Positions 10,004 to 20,039 of a DNA stretch of 64,000 nucleotides are shown in pieces. Source of the stretch: an uncultured bacterium (GTDB lineage Bacteria; Acidobacteriota; HRBIN11; JAKEFK01); NCBI GenBank assembly GCA_963777505.1, contig CAVZQN010000003.1:448001-512000 (forward strand). Reading direction: 5' to 3'. Both the position numbers and the translations under genes were made by a program. How positions within the stretch are numbered: the stretch's first letter is position 1; every line of letters starts with the position of its first letter. The notes under the pieces were generated by a model. It worked only from the letters and a program-made list of their open reading frames with translations. It ran no database searches and had not been told where the DNA came from.

Positions 10004-12214
10004 CTACTTTATACGGACAATCGTGTTGTAATCGGGCTCCTGGGATTGAGGATCAATTCGTCGAGAAATCAGGACATTTGCTTCGGGCCAGAACATTTGA
10101 ATTGTGCCCGGATGAACCTTGGCGATTTTGCATACGCCTGAAAAGGTGCCTGTTTCAGATTCAAGGGTCATTTGGCTTCCTTCATGAAGACCAAGCCTGG
10201 ATGCGTCTTCATTCGAGAGAAAAATGTCATCACGTCTCTTACTTCCAACTAACGGATCATCGACACCATAGACAATGCTATTGAATTGTTTTCCCCGGCG
10301 TGTTGCAAGATAAAACTCGCCTTCTTCTAAAATTGTATTTGAAGGTTGAACCGCAGAAAAACGGGCGCGCCCATCAGGAGTATTGCAGACTCCATCAGTC
10401 AAAAGCATGGGACCGCCATATTGAAAAGAGTCGCCCTCTTTTTGCAAATTTTGAACACCGGCATACGATGGGATGAGCCTACCCATTTCTTCTCGAATTT
10501 CCTGAGCAGTTGTAAAAGCTAAATGTGATTTTTTATCTTCAGGTAAGACTCGTTGAGCAAGATTAACGACGATTTGCCATTCACTGCGCGATTCTCCGAT
10601 TCGTGGACCTTTGATCTCAGGAGAATAACGAATACGTCGTTCCGTGTTTGTGACTGTTCCGCCGCCGGCTTGTTCATAGCGTGTCTGACCAGGAAACACC
10701 AATACTGTATCCGCGGGATCAACGAACATAGAAGAATTTAAAAACAAGTCCTGATGAATTCGAAGCGGAACACGTTCCAGTGCTTCACGGACGTAAATTA
10801 CGTCCGGCATCGTATCCAAAAAATTTCCACCCATAATGTAAAACGCATCGAGTTGTCCTTCATGCGCCGCATCCAGCATGTCTGCGGCCGATAATCCTTT
10901 CCACGAAGGGATATCGCTTGTGTCCCAAAGTTCTGCAACTTTTGCTGCTCCTGCTTCACTCACTGGAAGTCCCATAAAATAATCTCCCGGAACCGAACCG
11001 ACTTCTGCTGCTCCCTGGACTCCGCTATGGCCGCGAATTGGAACAACTCCAGTATTTGGACGTCCAATCATCCCTCGCGCAAGAGCAATATTGATGAGCG
11101 CTTGAACATTTTCCACACCAAATCTGTGCTGAGTTAATCCCATACTCCAGATAAAAATGGCAGTATTAACGCCTGCGTAAATTTCAGCAAAGCGACTCAT
11201 TTCGTTTTTAGAAGTTCCGGAGTGACGTTCAAGGACATCCCACGATTGTTTACTCAATTCTGTTTTCATTTCTTCAAACGCATTGGTGTGCTCACGGATA
11301 AAAGTCTGATCAATCCAATTTCGTTCGATCAGTATTTTCATGACTCCGTTATAGAAAGCCACATCGCCACCAACGGAAATTCGGAAGAAATCATCCATTA
11401 GTTTCGTGCCGAAGATCGCGCTTTTTGTAACTGAAGGAATCCAATAATTTTCCAAACCTGGTTCCTGATACGGATTTACTACAATAATTCGCGCGCCTTT
11501 CTGCTTGGCATAATAAAGGTACTTTGTTGCTACGGGCTGATTGTTCGCGATATTCGCTCCAGCCAGCACGATCAAGTCCGATCCAATCCAATCCGAATTA
11601 GAACAAGATGATGCAGCAATCCCCAAAGTATTTTTCAAAGCTGTTGTACTGGCTGCATGGCATAACCGGGCTGCGTTATCAACATTATTGGTTCCCATCA
11701 GCCTGGCGAATTTGCCGGTGACATAATAGACTTCGTTTGTTAAACCGCGCGACGTTGTGTAAATCGCAAAACGATGCGGATCAATATTTGTTAAATATTT
11801 TGAAGCAATTTTTAACGCTTCATCCCACGAAATTCTTGTGAAAGTCAGATCGCCTTTCCTTCTTATCATTGGATAGGGAAGTCGTCCCATCTCTCGCAGT
11901 TCTTGTCCACTCATTGTTCGCAGCCGTGAAATTTCTGGTAGTTCCGAAAGAGCGGGCATTGTGTTGATGCGGAGGAGTCGGAGGCGGGACATGCAGAGGT
12001 GGACTCCCTTGATCGTGTCATCGCGAAGTCCATAGGGTCCTAATGAACACCCGTCGCAAACTCCATGATTCACAATCCTCCACGCGTAGCCGAGATTGTC
12101 GCGGTTCTCCCACAGTATTCGTGCCATATCGCGATAATGATTTGGCTTGGATTTACCAATTCCAAATGGAACAAGACTAGCGATCCGTTCACGAGATAAT
12201 TTTTTTTGTTTCAT
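10004..12214 (-). CDS. FdhF/YdeP-family molybdopterin oxidoreductase
   Basis: GVCDGCSLG, SRGLTNEVYY, NNVDNAARLCH, WSMGLTQH, PIRGHSGVQG, TRRGKQFNS. Start reassigned to ATG 12214, which overlaps the upstream stop (ATGA). Confidence 0.88.
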   Translation of the reverse strand: MKQKKLSRERIASLVPFGIGKSKPNHYRDMARILWENRDNLGYAWRIVNHGVCDGCSLGPYGLRDDTIKGVHLCMSRLRLLRINTMPALSELPEISRLRTMSGQELREMGRLPYPMIRRKGDLTFTRISWDEALKIASKYLTNIDPHRFAIYTTSRGLTNEVYYVTGKFARLMGTNNVDNAARLCHAASTTALKNTLGIAASSCSNSDWIGSDLIVLAGANIANNQPVATKYLYYAKQKGARIIVVNPYQEPGLENYWIPSVTKSAIFGTKLMDDFFRISVGGDVAFYNGVMKILIERNWIDQTFIREHTNAFEEMKTELSKQSWDVLERHSGTSKNEMSRFAEIYAGVNTAIFIWSMGLTQHRFGVENVQALINIALARGMIGRPNTGVVPIRGHSGVQGAAEVGSVPGDYFMGLPVSEAGAAKVAELWDTSDIPSWKGLSAADMLDAAHEGQLDAFYIMGGNFLDTMPDVIYVREALERVPLRIHQDLFLNSSMFVDPADTVLVFPGQTRYEQAGGGTVTNTERRIRYSPEIKGPRIGESRSEWQIVVNLAQRVLPEDKKSHLAFTTAQEIREEMGRLIPSYAGVQNLQKEGDSFQYGGPMLLTDGVCNTPDGRARFSAVQPSNTILEEGEFYLATRRGKQFNSIVYGVDDPLVGSKRRDDIFLSNEDASRLGLHEGSQMTLESETGTFSGVCKIAKVHPGTIQMFWPEANVLISRRIDPQSQEPDYNTIVRIK

Positions 12215-12582
12215 ATCGTCGGTTTCAGCTTTAAAAATGCTGCAATAAGAATCGAATGGCCTGCCATAAACAAAAGACCACCAAGCGGAGTGATCATTCC
12301 AAGCCAGCGAAATTCCGTCACTGAAAGGAGATATAAACTGCCGGAAAACAAAATGATGCCACCGACGTAAAGCCAGCCAGCATATCGAAACCACTTTCCT
12401 CGTTCAACGAGAAGGGAAACGACCAAAATCGCAAGCGAATGTATAAACTGATATTGCACCGCTGTATTAAAAACCTCTCTCATGCGTTCCGATAGATGAT
12501 CCCGCAAGGCGTGTGCTCCGAATGCACCGAGTGCGACGGACGACAAAAGGGAAACGGCAGCGATTGTACCGAAAAGGCGCAT
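12211..12582 (-). CDS. DUF423 (YgdD/TMEM256) membrane protein
   Basis: ALGAFGAHAL, TAVQYQFIH, GIILFSGSLY, ITPLGG; GGAGG RBS before ATG 12582. Confidence 0.9.
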   Translation of the reverse strand: MRLFGTIAAVSLLSSVALGAFGAHALRDHLSERMREVFNTAVQYQFIHSLAILVVSLLVERGKWFRYAGWLYVGGIILFSGSLYLLSVTEFRWLGMITPLGGLLFMAGHSILIAAFLKLKPTI

Positions 12583-12697
12583 TGCTGAACCTCCAGAAAC
12601 AAAACATACATTATACATACCCTCAACGACAAAATCGGACGAACTCAGCGCCCGATTGTGAAGTTTCATAAGCAACTTTCTTTAGATATCGTCTTTC

Positions 12698-12725
12698 TTG
12701 ACAATTCTTTGCTCTCCTCTATATT
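12698..12725 (+). promoter_or_regulatory. Putative sigma-70 promoter for the OmpA-family gene
   Basis: TTGACA (12698-12703), 16-bp spacer, TATATT (12720-12725). Confidence 0.5.
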
Positions 12726-12835
12726 AGAAAATGATTTACTATGTGGACGCGTAAAGCTATAATTTTGTCCATAGCAATCGGGGCTTTTTGCGGCAGACAT
12801 TAATTCCTGATTCTCATAAGGAGGGCATAGAATCT

Positions 12836-13897
12836 ATGCGAAAGACGTTGTTAATGTTGTTTTTGTTAATACCTCTTCTATTCGTCATAACTAATGTACA
12901 GGCACAGGTAGGATCTGAAGGCAGCGACACCGTCTTAAAGGCCGGAGAGTTGGGGATTTCGCCTTTATTTTATCAGGATGAAGATACCGTAGATATATCG
13001 ACTGGAAGCAATAGCTATTTCTGGTTTATTGATGTATATGGCGGTAAAGAAAGGTTGTTCCAGGATGACGAACCTGGTGGTCGATGTGCAGCCCTCCTCG
13101 GTTTTAAGGGTGGAATTACCCCACGATTGGGTGAAAATGTCGAACTTGAAGCAGCTTTAGGTGGGAAATTTAATCTTGAAGAAGGCGACGATTCCAGTAT
13201 TTTTGGCGATCTTGCACTGAATGGAATATTTGGCGGCGGGTTCGTAGGTGCTGGTGTTAGTTTTTGGGATCTAACCGAAGATGACACAAGAACAGTCGCA
13301 TTGTTAGCCCATTTTGGAATCGATTTAGTTGAAACCGGTAAAGTACAACTTGTTGCGGAAGGCCGAATCCCATTTGATCAATTTGACGATGCTGGAAGCA
13401 ATTACATGTTCTGGGGAGGCGTCCGTTTCCGATTTGGCGAAGGACGTACCATAGGCGGGGCCGTACCACCACCGCCAACAGCTCCACCGGCACCACCTCC
13501 AGCTCCTCCACCATCACCTTCGGCTCCCACAGCGCCTCCTGAAGCCGTCGAACCTGAGTTCGTATGGCCGGAAGTATACTTCCCATTTGATCAGTACATC
13601 TTAACAGCGGAAACTCGCGAAAAGATTGATTCTGTTGCGAAGTATCTGAACGATAATCCGAATTCAGGCATTACGATTGAAGGGCATTGCTGCTATATAG
13701 GTACAGATGAATATAACCTTGCCCTTGGACAACAGCGCGCTGATGCGATTCGTGATTATCTAACTGGAAAAGGCATTGCAGCGAGCCGTTTAAAGACAGT
13801 TAGTTACGGAGAAGCGCAACCTAAATACGATAATTCCAAAGAAATTACTCGCCGTTTCAACAGGCGCGGAATCTTTGTGGTTATTCGACCTCAATAA
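12836..13897 (+). CDS. OmpA-family protein (putative N-terminal beta-barrel, Pro-rich linker, peptidoglycan-binding domain)
   Basis: AGGAG RBS and signal peptide. Amphipathic beta strands ending GVRFRF, PPPPTAPP linker, then VYFPFD...IEGH...YNLALGQQRA...SYGE...NRR. Confidence 0.88.
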   Translation: MRKTLLMLFLLIPLLFVITNVQAQVGSEGSDTVLKAGELGISPLFYQDEDTVDISTGSNSYFWFIDVYGGKERLFQDDEPGGRCAALLGFKGGITPRLGENVELEAALGGKFNLEEGDDSSIFGDLALNGIFGGGFVGAGVSFWDLTEDDTRTVALLAHFGIDLVETGKVQLVAEGRIPFDQFDDAGSNYMFWGGVRFRFGEGRTIGGAVPPPPTAPPAPPPAPPPSPSAPTAPPEAVEPEFVWPEVYFPFDQYILTAETREKIDSVAKYLNDNPNSGITIEGHCCYIGTDEYNLALGQQRADAIRDYLTGKGIAASRLKTVSYGEAQPKYDNSKEITRRFNRRGIFVVIRPQ

Positions 13898-13913
13898 GAA
13901 ATTTTCCGATACA

Positions 13914-13943
13914 GGCCCCGAGGGAAACCTCGGGGCTTTTTTT
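13914..13943 (+). terminator. Rho-independent terminator
   Basis: GCCCCGAGG-gaaa-CCTCGGGGC followed by a T7 run, just after the OmpA stop. Confidence 0.9.
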
Positions 13944-14082
13944 GTGTCCGAAAGGCTGATTCTTGCCATCTTATCCCTGCGGAATTACATTTCTATTTAA
14001 AGGGTGAATATTCTAAGGGTGAATTGCCGTGCTTTTACGAATCAGAGTTCCGAAGGATTGGCTCTTCAAACGCCGCGCATCA

Positions 14083-14784
14083 ATGCCCGTTGATGTGGAT
14101 GAGGTGAAGTGTCCTCAGTGTAATTACACAATCCAACCAGATGATAAATTTTGCGGACACTGCCACGCTGTCATCTTACGCAGATATTGCCAGCCATGCA
14201 GAAAATTAGTTCCGGATCACACAGACTTGTGTCCATACTGTGGGGCATCCGCAAAAGAAAAACGGAAACATCGTGATTGGGTTAGTGTAACCAACATCGC
14301 AATGGTCAGTAGTCTTTTCTTAGCAACAACCATTCTTCTCTGGCCGGAACAGAAAGCGGATCAGAAAACATCAATTCAACAATCGAATCGGACGACGGTT
14401 ACGTCAGCTCCGAAGTCAGGCAAAGATGCAGGCGAAGCAAACAAGCACGAACAAGCAATTTCCGTTGCTCAAGTTAGTCCCGAAAAGAATCCGGAGACCG
14501 GCGTCCGACTAAACCTGAAAGGGCATAGTTTGATTCAACAAGGCCGGTATCATGAAGCCGTCTCGCTCTTATCCCAGTCCATTAGAAGTTTTCCCGAAGG
14601 CACGAATATGATTGAGTACTTTTTTGCGCAATATAACCTTGGACACTCCCTCCGCAAAATTGGAAAATCAGAAGAAGCTATCCCTTACCTGGAACGATGC
14701 GTAGCGTACGATAGACAAAATCAAATGTTCCAGCGCGAACTAGCAGCTGCCCGCCGTGATCTGTTACGAAAAGAAAATTACTAA
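14083..14784 (+). CDS. Double zinc-ribbon / TM / TPR protein
   Basis: CPQC..CGHC..CQPC..CPYC, then a TM segment and C-terminal TPR helices (YNLGHSLRKIG). Start uncertain (14029 or 14083). Confidence 0.75.
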   Translation: MPVDVDEVKCPQCNYTIQPDDKFCGHCHAVILRRYCQPCRKLVPDHTDLCPYCGASAKEKRKHRDWVSVTNIAMVSSLFLATTILLWPEQKADQKTSIQQSNRTTVTSAPKSGKDAGEANKHEQAISVAQVSPEKNPETGVRLNLKGHSLIQQGRYHEAVSLLSQSIRSFPEGTNMIEYFFAQYNLGHSLRKIGKSEEAIPYLERCVAYDRQNQMFQRELAAARRDLLRKENY

Positions 14785-14796
14785 GAAGTGGTAGTT

Positions 14797-15300
14797 TCAG
14801 CGATTCGCAATTTTTTCGATTTCGGCAGGAATCGTAAATTCCAAACGGGCTCCAACTTTTAGGTTGTGCTTCTTTGCGAAGCCACCATTAACTTCCAAAA
14901 CATATTTCGATTTTTGCATCGGTGCATATGAATCACATGGATCGCTCGTACACGGTACTGCTGTTGCAAAATAAACAACCTCTTTCCGTTCATTCAACCA
15001 GATAAGGTCAAGCGGGATGAGAGTATTTTTCATCCAAAAACTATGCTGATCGACATATGGAAAAATAAAAAGCATTCCTGAATCAGAAGGAAGAGATTCA
15101 CGAAACATCAACCCGCGCTGCCGTGTTTCATCTGTATAAGCGATTTCGGCTTCAATCTTTATGTCGGGCGGCACAATGACTGTGGTAGTGGGCAAGGATT
15201 TCTCTCCATCTTTCGCCTGGACATTCAATTGCACAGCAAAAACAAGAAATGCAGCGCCAAATAAAGCCAGTCTTCCGAACTTTCGCAAAGTATCAATCAT
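14797..15300 (-). CDS. DUF192-family protein
   Basis: RQRGLMFR, GMLFIF, FWMKNTLIPLD, YVLEVNGG. Start uncertain. Confidence 0.88.
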   Translation of the reverse strand: MIDTLRKFGRLALFGAAFLVFAVQLNVQAKDGEKSLPTTTVIVPPDIKIEAEIAYTDETRQRGLMFRESLPSDSGMLFIFPYVDQHSFWMKNTLIPLDLIWLNERKEVVYFATAVPCTSDPCDSYAPMQKSKYVLEVNGGFAKKHNLKVGARLEFTIPAEIEKIANR

Positions 15301-15430
15301 GTATTGATAGACAATAATCAACCAAAACAACGCTTTTGACAAGAACGAAACGCGCTTACCTGTCATTGACAAAAACGCGACAAAAGCCCATCATGACTGA
15401 TAGATTAGTTCTGGAGATGATTAATAAAGG

Positions 15431-16682
15431 GTGACAACAGATCATCCGGATAGTGGGCTCAAAAAGGGTTCTAGTTTCAAGCCATACGAGCGAACTGTCT
15501 CTACTTCAAAAAAGTTTTTGTTTTCTTCCATAACCTTCGTTGTTTTCTTCCTCTGTATTGAAGTTGCTCTCGTTCTGTTTGGGTTTTCCTTTCAGATTTC
15601 TTCAGATAACACCGAAAAAGCAACACTGGTTCGGCCTGGGATTTCAACAGGATCCACAGCTTCCATGGAGCTGGATGCCGAAGCCCGGTGGAGAAGGTAT
15701 TGCCGGAGAAGCCCCTTTTCATTTCAATGAAAAGGGTTTTCGAAAACCAACCACTAGCTCTACAGAAGAGATCAAGGAAACATTGCGCGTTGTGTGCATG
15801 GGCGATTCTTGCACGATGGGGTGGGAAGTCTTAAACAAGCAAACTTTTTGTCACGTATTAAAAGAACTTCTGGAGAAGTCGCTATCTGTCACAGTTGAAA
15901 CCATTAATGCAGGAGTTCCAGGCTACACAACCTTTCAAGGTCTGCATCAGCTGAATACACGAATTTTTTCCTTAAATCCTGATGTAATCGTATTTAGTTA
16001 TTGTTGGAACGATCACACTTTTGCAATTCACATGCATGAAACCCTGAATGTTTTTATGGATGAGAATTTCTTCGGACTTCCAGATAAAGATTTGCCGGGT
16101 CCAACTTTATCCAGCAAGATTCATTCTTCTCTATCGAGGCTCCGGTCATATCAAATGATGGATTTTTTTGCGTCAAAAATGAGAAGGGAGGAGCCACAAG
16201 GTTCAAAGAAAGTGAATGGTGTTCTTGTAGATATAGAGAAAGTGCCTGTTCGCGTTTCACTTGATGAGTATCGGCAAAATTTCAAACAGATGATTGATTT
16301 ATCAATACAAAAGGGCATTTATCCTGTTTTGATGAATCAGCCGTCACAGCCGCTCCGTTCAACGAGCGCCTTTTCGGAATTAGAAAAAAGCCTGAATTAC
16401 AAGGCACCTGATGAAAAAAGTTGGTTTCAGTTTTGTCGCGCAATGCGCAATTTGTTTATTCGGCGTCAAGAAGAATATAACGAATCGATGATGGAAGTTG
16501 CCAGAGAAAATCGGATTCCATTTGTAGATATGATTTCGATTTTCGAACGGCATGGGAAAATAGAAGAACTGCTGATCGATCCAGTTCATCCTACTGCGAA
16601 AGGACATTCCATGATTGCAAATGAATTGAGCCGAACAATCCTGAAGTTCGTTAAAACGGATCAGGCATCAACTCTGCGGTGA
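15431..16682 (+). CDS. Membrane-anchored SGNH/GDSL hydrolase; +1 frameshift near 15580-15595
   Basis: GDSCTMG, INAGVPGY, WND, DPVHP blocks in 15540..16682. The N-terminal TM (KKFLFSSITFVVFFLCIEVAL) lies in the 15431 frame, and the frames can be joined in the run GGGTTTTCCTTTCAG. Confidence 0.8.
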
Positions 16683-18298
16683 AAAGCCCACCACTCTACC
16701 ATTACGAAACCTGTCGCGAGAACTAAGAACCACGATGCAATGTCTGTCTTTCTTTGAACCAATGATTGACTCGATCCTGACTTTGTAGCGGGACGGCCTG
16801 GTTGAATTGCAGATTCTCCTGCATTTGCAAAGTTTGCATATCCTTCACGTCCTTCAACTTTAAATGGCCCTTCCGTTCGTAAGCCGCCGCCTGTCAATGA
16901 AGCTAAAGATTTTTGTTTGCTTTCTTGAATCCAGTGAAGCGAATTTTGCAGGAATACTGGAAATCCTGCGAGTGAAGGCAGATTGCTGTCTTCTAATGCG
17001 AATGTAAGAATTATTTTTCGCGCATCTTGATCTTCTGTCGCATACACGATAGTTCCGGAGGAAATTTCAACCAGTGAAGTTCCTCCAGGTGGCACTTGAA
17101 CTGCTGCTGCGTTCCGGACTTGCCACGCACCAACATCAACGAATCTCAAAACAGCATGACCATCATTCCAGTTGACAGCCGATGCTGGCGGCGTATCGCC
17201 AGCCTCAAGAAAGTAAATCCCCGATTTTTTCGCGCCATCAATGCTTTGGATCTTTGTTATTTGAAGATCGCTTCCTTCACGAATTTGAACCGATGGCAGA
17301 ATTTCAAGAGCCTTATGCAAAAAGGGATTTTCGTAGTTAAGGTCAACGAGAGCAGGTGTTGAAGGTTCAACGATGAGGACATACTCGTCATCGAGTGCAA
17401 AAATATCCTGAGGTTTTATTTGAATCCGAATTCTTGATGTTTGCTGAACTGTAAGTTCTGCCGTTCGTTCGATTGCCTCGTCCGGCTTCAATTGGATTTC
17501 AAATGCATCGATCACACTTTCATCTGCGTGGAGGCTTACACTTGTAGCAACATTTTGACGTGAAAAATTCTTGATTTGGTAAAGCAACGACTGCTTGTTT
17601 TCTGTACCCGCCAGGGGCTTACACGCGACTCCGATAATGCCCACGTTGTTGCCGCTATTTCCGGCAATGATTGGAACAAAAGGCATGGGATTGATTTGCG
17701 CCGAAGTTAGATTCGCAAAGTCAGAAGCGATAATGATCTGCGGAGGCGGGTTTTCTTTTTGAAGTGGCTCTAAAATTTTTATGAGCTGTCGCCAATCGCC
17801 GGCCACATCTTCAGCTTTCAAAGACTCCAACTTTTCGCGCGCTTGATCAATATTGTTCGTGAATTGTTGAACGATTGAAGTCTCTGAAGAAAAAGCCAGA
17901 ACCAGCACCGTGTCTGAGCCGCGAATTTCGTTTAATCTTTGGATCAACTTATCTTTTGCGTATTCAAAACGTGAAGGACTTACATCCGTCGATTTCATGC
18001 TTGCCGAACAATCCATGACAAGGATCCAGCGACGGCTCAAACTAGCCGGCGATACAAGCTGTGGTCCAGAAAGGATTGATGTGATCAATACTAGAATGAG
18101 CAATTGAAGCATCAACAAAAGACTGCTTCGTAATTTTTGAAATGGTGTCTCAGCGCGCATGTCTTCCAATGCTTGTTTCCATAGCAGCGTGCTTGGAACA
18201 ATGAGTTCGCGTCTGCGGCGTTTTAACAGATAAAGCAGGATGAGGGGAATGCTAAGTGTCAGCAGCCAAAGTGCGGAAGGATTGATAAATTCAATCAC
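16661..18298 (-). CDS. BatA-domain / VWA membrane protein
   Basis: N-terminal FINPSALWLL..PLILLYLLKRRR..PSTLLW, MIDAS DCSASM, C-terminal TM ending VEWW. Confidence 0.85.
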   Translation of the reverse strand: MIEFINPSALWLLTLSIPLILLYLLKRRRRELIVPSTLLWKQALEDMRAETPFQKLRSSLLLMLQLLILVLITSILSGPQLVSPASLSRRWILVMDCSASMKSTDVSPSRFEYAKDKLIQRLNEIRGSDTVLVLAFSSETSIVQQFTNNIDQAREKLESLKAEDVAGDWRQLIKILEPLQKENPPPQIIIASDFANLTSAQINPMPFVPIIAGNSGNNVGIIGVACKPLAGTENKQSLLYQIKNFSRQNVATSVSLHADESVIDAFEIQLKPDEAIERTAELTVQQTSRIRIQIKPQDIFALDDEYVLIVEPSTPALVDLNYENPFLHKALEILPSVQIREGSDLQITKIQSIDGAKKSGIYFLEAGDTPPASAVNWNDGHAVLRFVDVGAWQVRNAAAVQVPPGGTSLVEISSGTIVYATEDQDARKIILTFALEDSNLPSLAGFPVFLQNSLHWIQESKQKSLASLTGGGLRTEGPFKVEGREGYANFANAGESAIQPGRPATKSGSSQSLVQRKTDIASWFLVLATGFVMVEWWAFHRRVDA

Positions 18299-18892
18299 TT
18301 AAGTCTTTGTGGTTTCGTCTTTTAATACAACCATTTTTTCAAGTAGACGCTCTCGCCGCCGAAGTTGTTCTAAATCATAAGCGATTGCTTCTACCTGGTT
18401 TTTCAATGCGTGATGCTGCAGATGCAGTTTTGTAAGCTCCGAAACAAGATAGTTAATCAAAGTATGAAGGACGCGTATGTAATGAAATGGTTTTTCCAAA
18501 CTTCGAAGAGTCGCAAGATTGAAATTGGCTTGCTCCCGGTTAAAAACAGATTGTTTGTAAATCAGGGCATCTATATTGCCATAAAGTCTGAAAAACGGTT
18601 TAAACCAGTTCCGAAGTTTCATCAAGAACGGCGAATTTGAAGAATAGACAAAGGTATTTAGATCGACGTTGTAATCGGGAGATTCGTAAAAACGGGTGTC
18701 GATTTTTTCGAATTCTAGTTCTTTGTGAAAGAACGTTCGAACTCGATCCGGATTCGGTGGAATATTGAGCTCCATTTTTTGTAATTCTTCGAGCTCATCA
18801 TCTGAGAAAAGTTTTTTACGCTTTTCTTCGATTTCCTTTCGGATCTCTTCTTCGAGTTTCTTGATGTCTACGTCAGCGCCTGTGGAAAACAT
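18299..18892 (-). CDS. Hypothetical coiled-coil protein
   Basis: Open frame with heptad-rich ends; abuts the BatA gene start. Start chosen at ATG 18892 (uncertain). Confidence 0.65.
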   Translation of the reverse strand: MFSTGADVDIKKLEEEIRKEIEEKRKKLFSDDELEELQKMELNIPPNPDRVRTFFHKELEFEKIDTRFYESPDYNVDLNTFVYSSNSPFLMKLRNWFKPFFRLYGNIDALIYKQSVFNREQANFNLATLRSLEKPFHYIRVLHTLINYLVSELTKLHLQHHALKNQVEAIAYDLEQLRRRERLLEKMVVLKDETTKT

Positions 18893-18970
18893 ATTAGTAA
18901 CATCGGAACATAACACATTGTATCGCCTTGCGCAAACTAAAAACGTCAATTTTGCCGAGGTGAAAAATCA

Positions 18971-19891
18971 TCAGTGGCGTACTACTTCAACAGAGCATTG
19001 CGCTCGTGAAGCAATGGCTCCCGAAACACTTCCCATCAAGAAACGTTCAACACGAGTCAGACCGCGTGCACCAACAAAGATCGTATCCGCTGTCCAATTG
19101 TTGGCGAATTCAAGAAGAATAAATTTTGGATCTCCTTCTACAATTGAAGTGGATACGTTTAATCCAGAATTTTGTAATCGTCCTGCTTCTTTTTCAACCA
19201 CGCTTCGGATCCATGCTTCTTCATCGTGATATCCTTCTTGAATCCAGTTTGCAGCATGCGGCAAATATGAAAGCCCTGCTGTAGAAAGACGTGGATCTAA
19301 AACAGCAACAACTCGGATCTGAGTATCTTCAGGCCATTCACGATTTGATACATGTTCCACGGCACGGATCGCGCCAGGTGATCCATCCATAGCGACAATC
19401 AATCTGGTCTCTTTCCTTTGCGGTTGCGGGGCAGGACGGCTAACACGAACGGGGCAATGTGCGTGTGTTACAACTTTCTGCGATACGCTGCCTTGTATTA
19501 ACTTGTCCAGGCCTGATGAACCGTGCGATCCAACAACAATAAGATCAGCATTCCATTGTTCCGCACGGCTGATAATTCCCCACCCAGGCGAATCCGCGAT
19601 CGCTTCACTGTGAATATTCCAGGAAGGAAACATTTTTCTTACGTTCGATGTCGCTGCATTTGCAAGTTGCTTTGCTTGCGCCAATGCTGCTTCGGCCCTG
19701 GCTTTCGCTTTTTCTGCAACATCGTTTAGTTCTTTCGGCAACCCGGTATCAGTTTGTCCGGATGGCGGAAGCCATACGTCAGCAACAGAAAGAGCGATCG
19801 CTTCTACGTTTTGCGGCATTCCTGCGCGCAATAAACTTTTTTGCGCTTCATCAGCAGAAGGTGAACCATCTGTGGCGATTAATATCTTCAT
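18971..19891 (-). CDS. Universal stress protein (tandem Usp domains)
   Basis: KILIATDGS...DLIVVGSHG...GSVS, and a second domain LIVAMDGS...VGARG...GSVS. Confidence 0.92.
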   Translation of the reverse strand: MKILIATDGSPSADEAQKSLLRAGMPQNVEAIALSVADVWLPPSGQTDTGLPKELNDVAEKAKARAEAALAQAKQLANAATSNVRKMFPSWNIHSEAIADSPGWGIISRAEQWNADLIVVGSHGSSGLDKLIQGSVSQKVVTHAHCPVRVSRPAPQPQRKETRLIVAMDGSPGAIRAVEHVSNREWPEDTQIRVVAVLDPRLSTAGLSYLPHAANWIQEGYHDEEAWIRSVVEKEAGRLQNSGLNVSTSIVEGDPKFILLEFANNWTADTIFVGARGLTRVERFLMGSVSGAIASRAQCSVEVVRH

Positions 19892-20000
19892 GATTACAAT
19901 ATTCTAGCACTTCAATTATTTCTTTCACGACACCTTGATGTAAATAGGTTTAGAAGACGAGATTTTTACGATGGCCTGGATGATGGATCCAAAATGCAAT

Positions 20001-20026
20001 GGGCGGGTCCAGGACCCGCCCACTAC
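20001..20026. repeat. GTAG-type REP-like single hairpin
   Basis: GGGCGGGTCCAGGACCCGCCCACTAC just downstream of the subtilase stop. Confidence 0.75.
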
Positions 20027-20039
20027 TTAAATTACTAGT

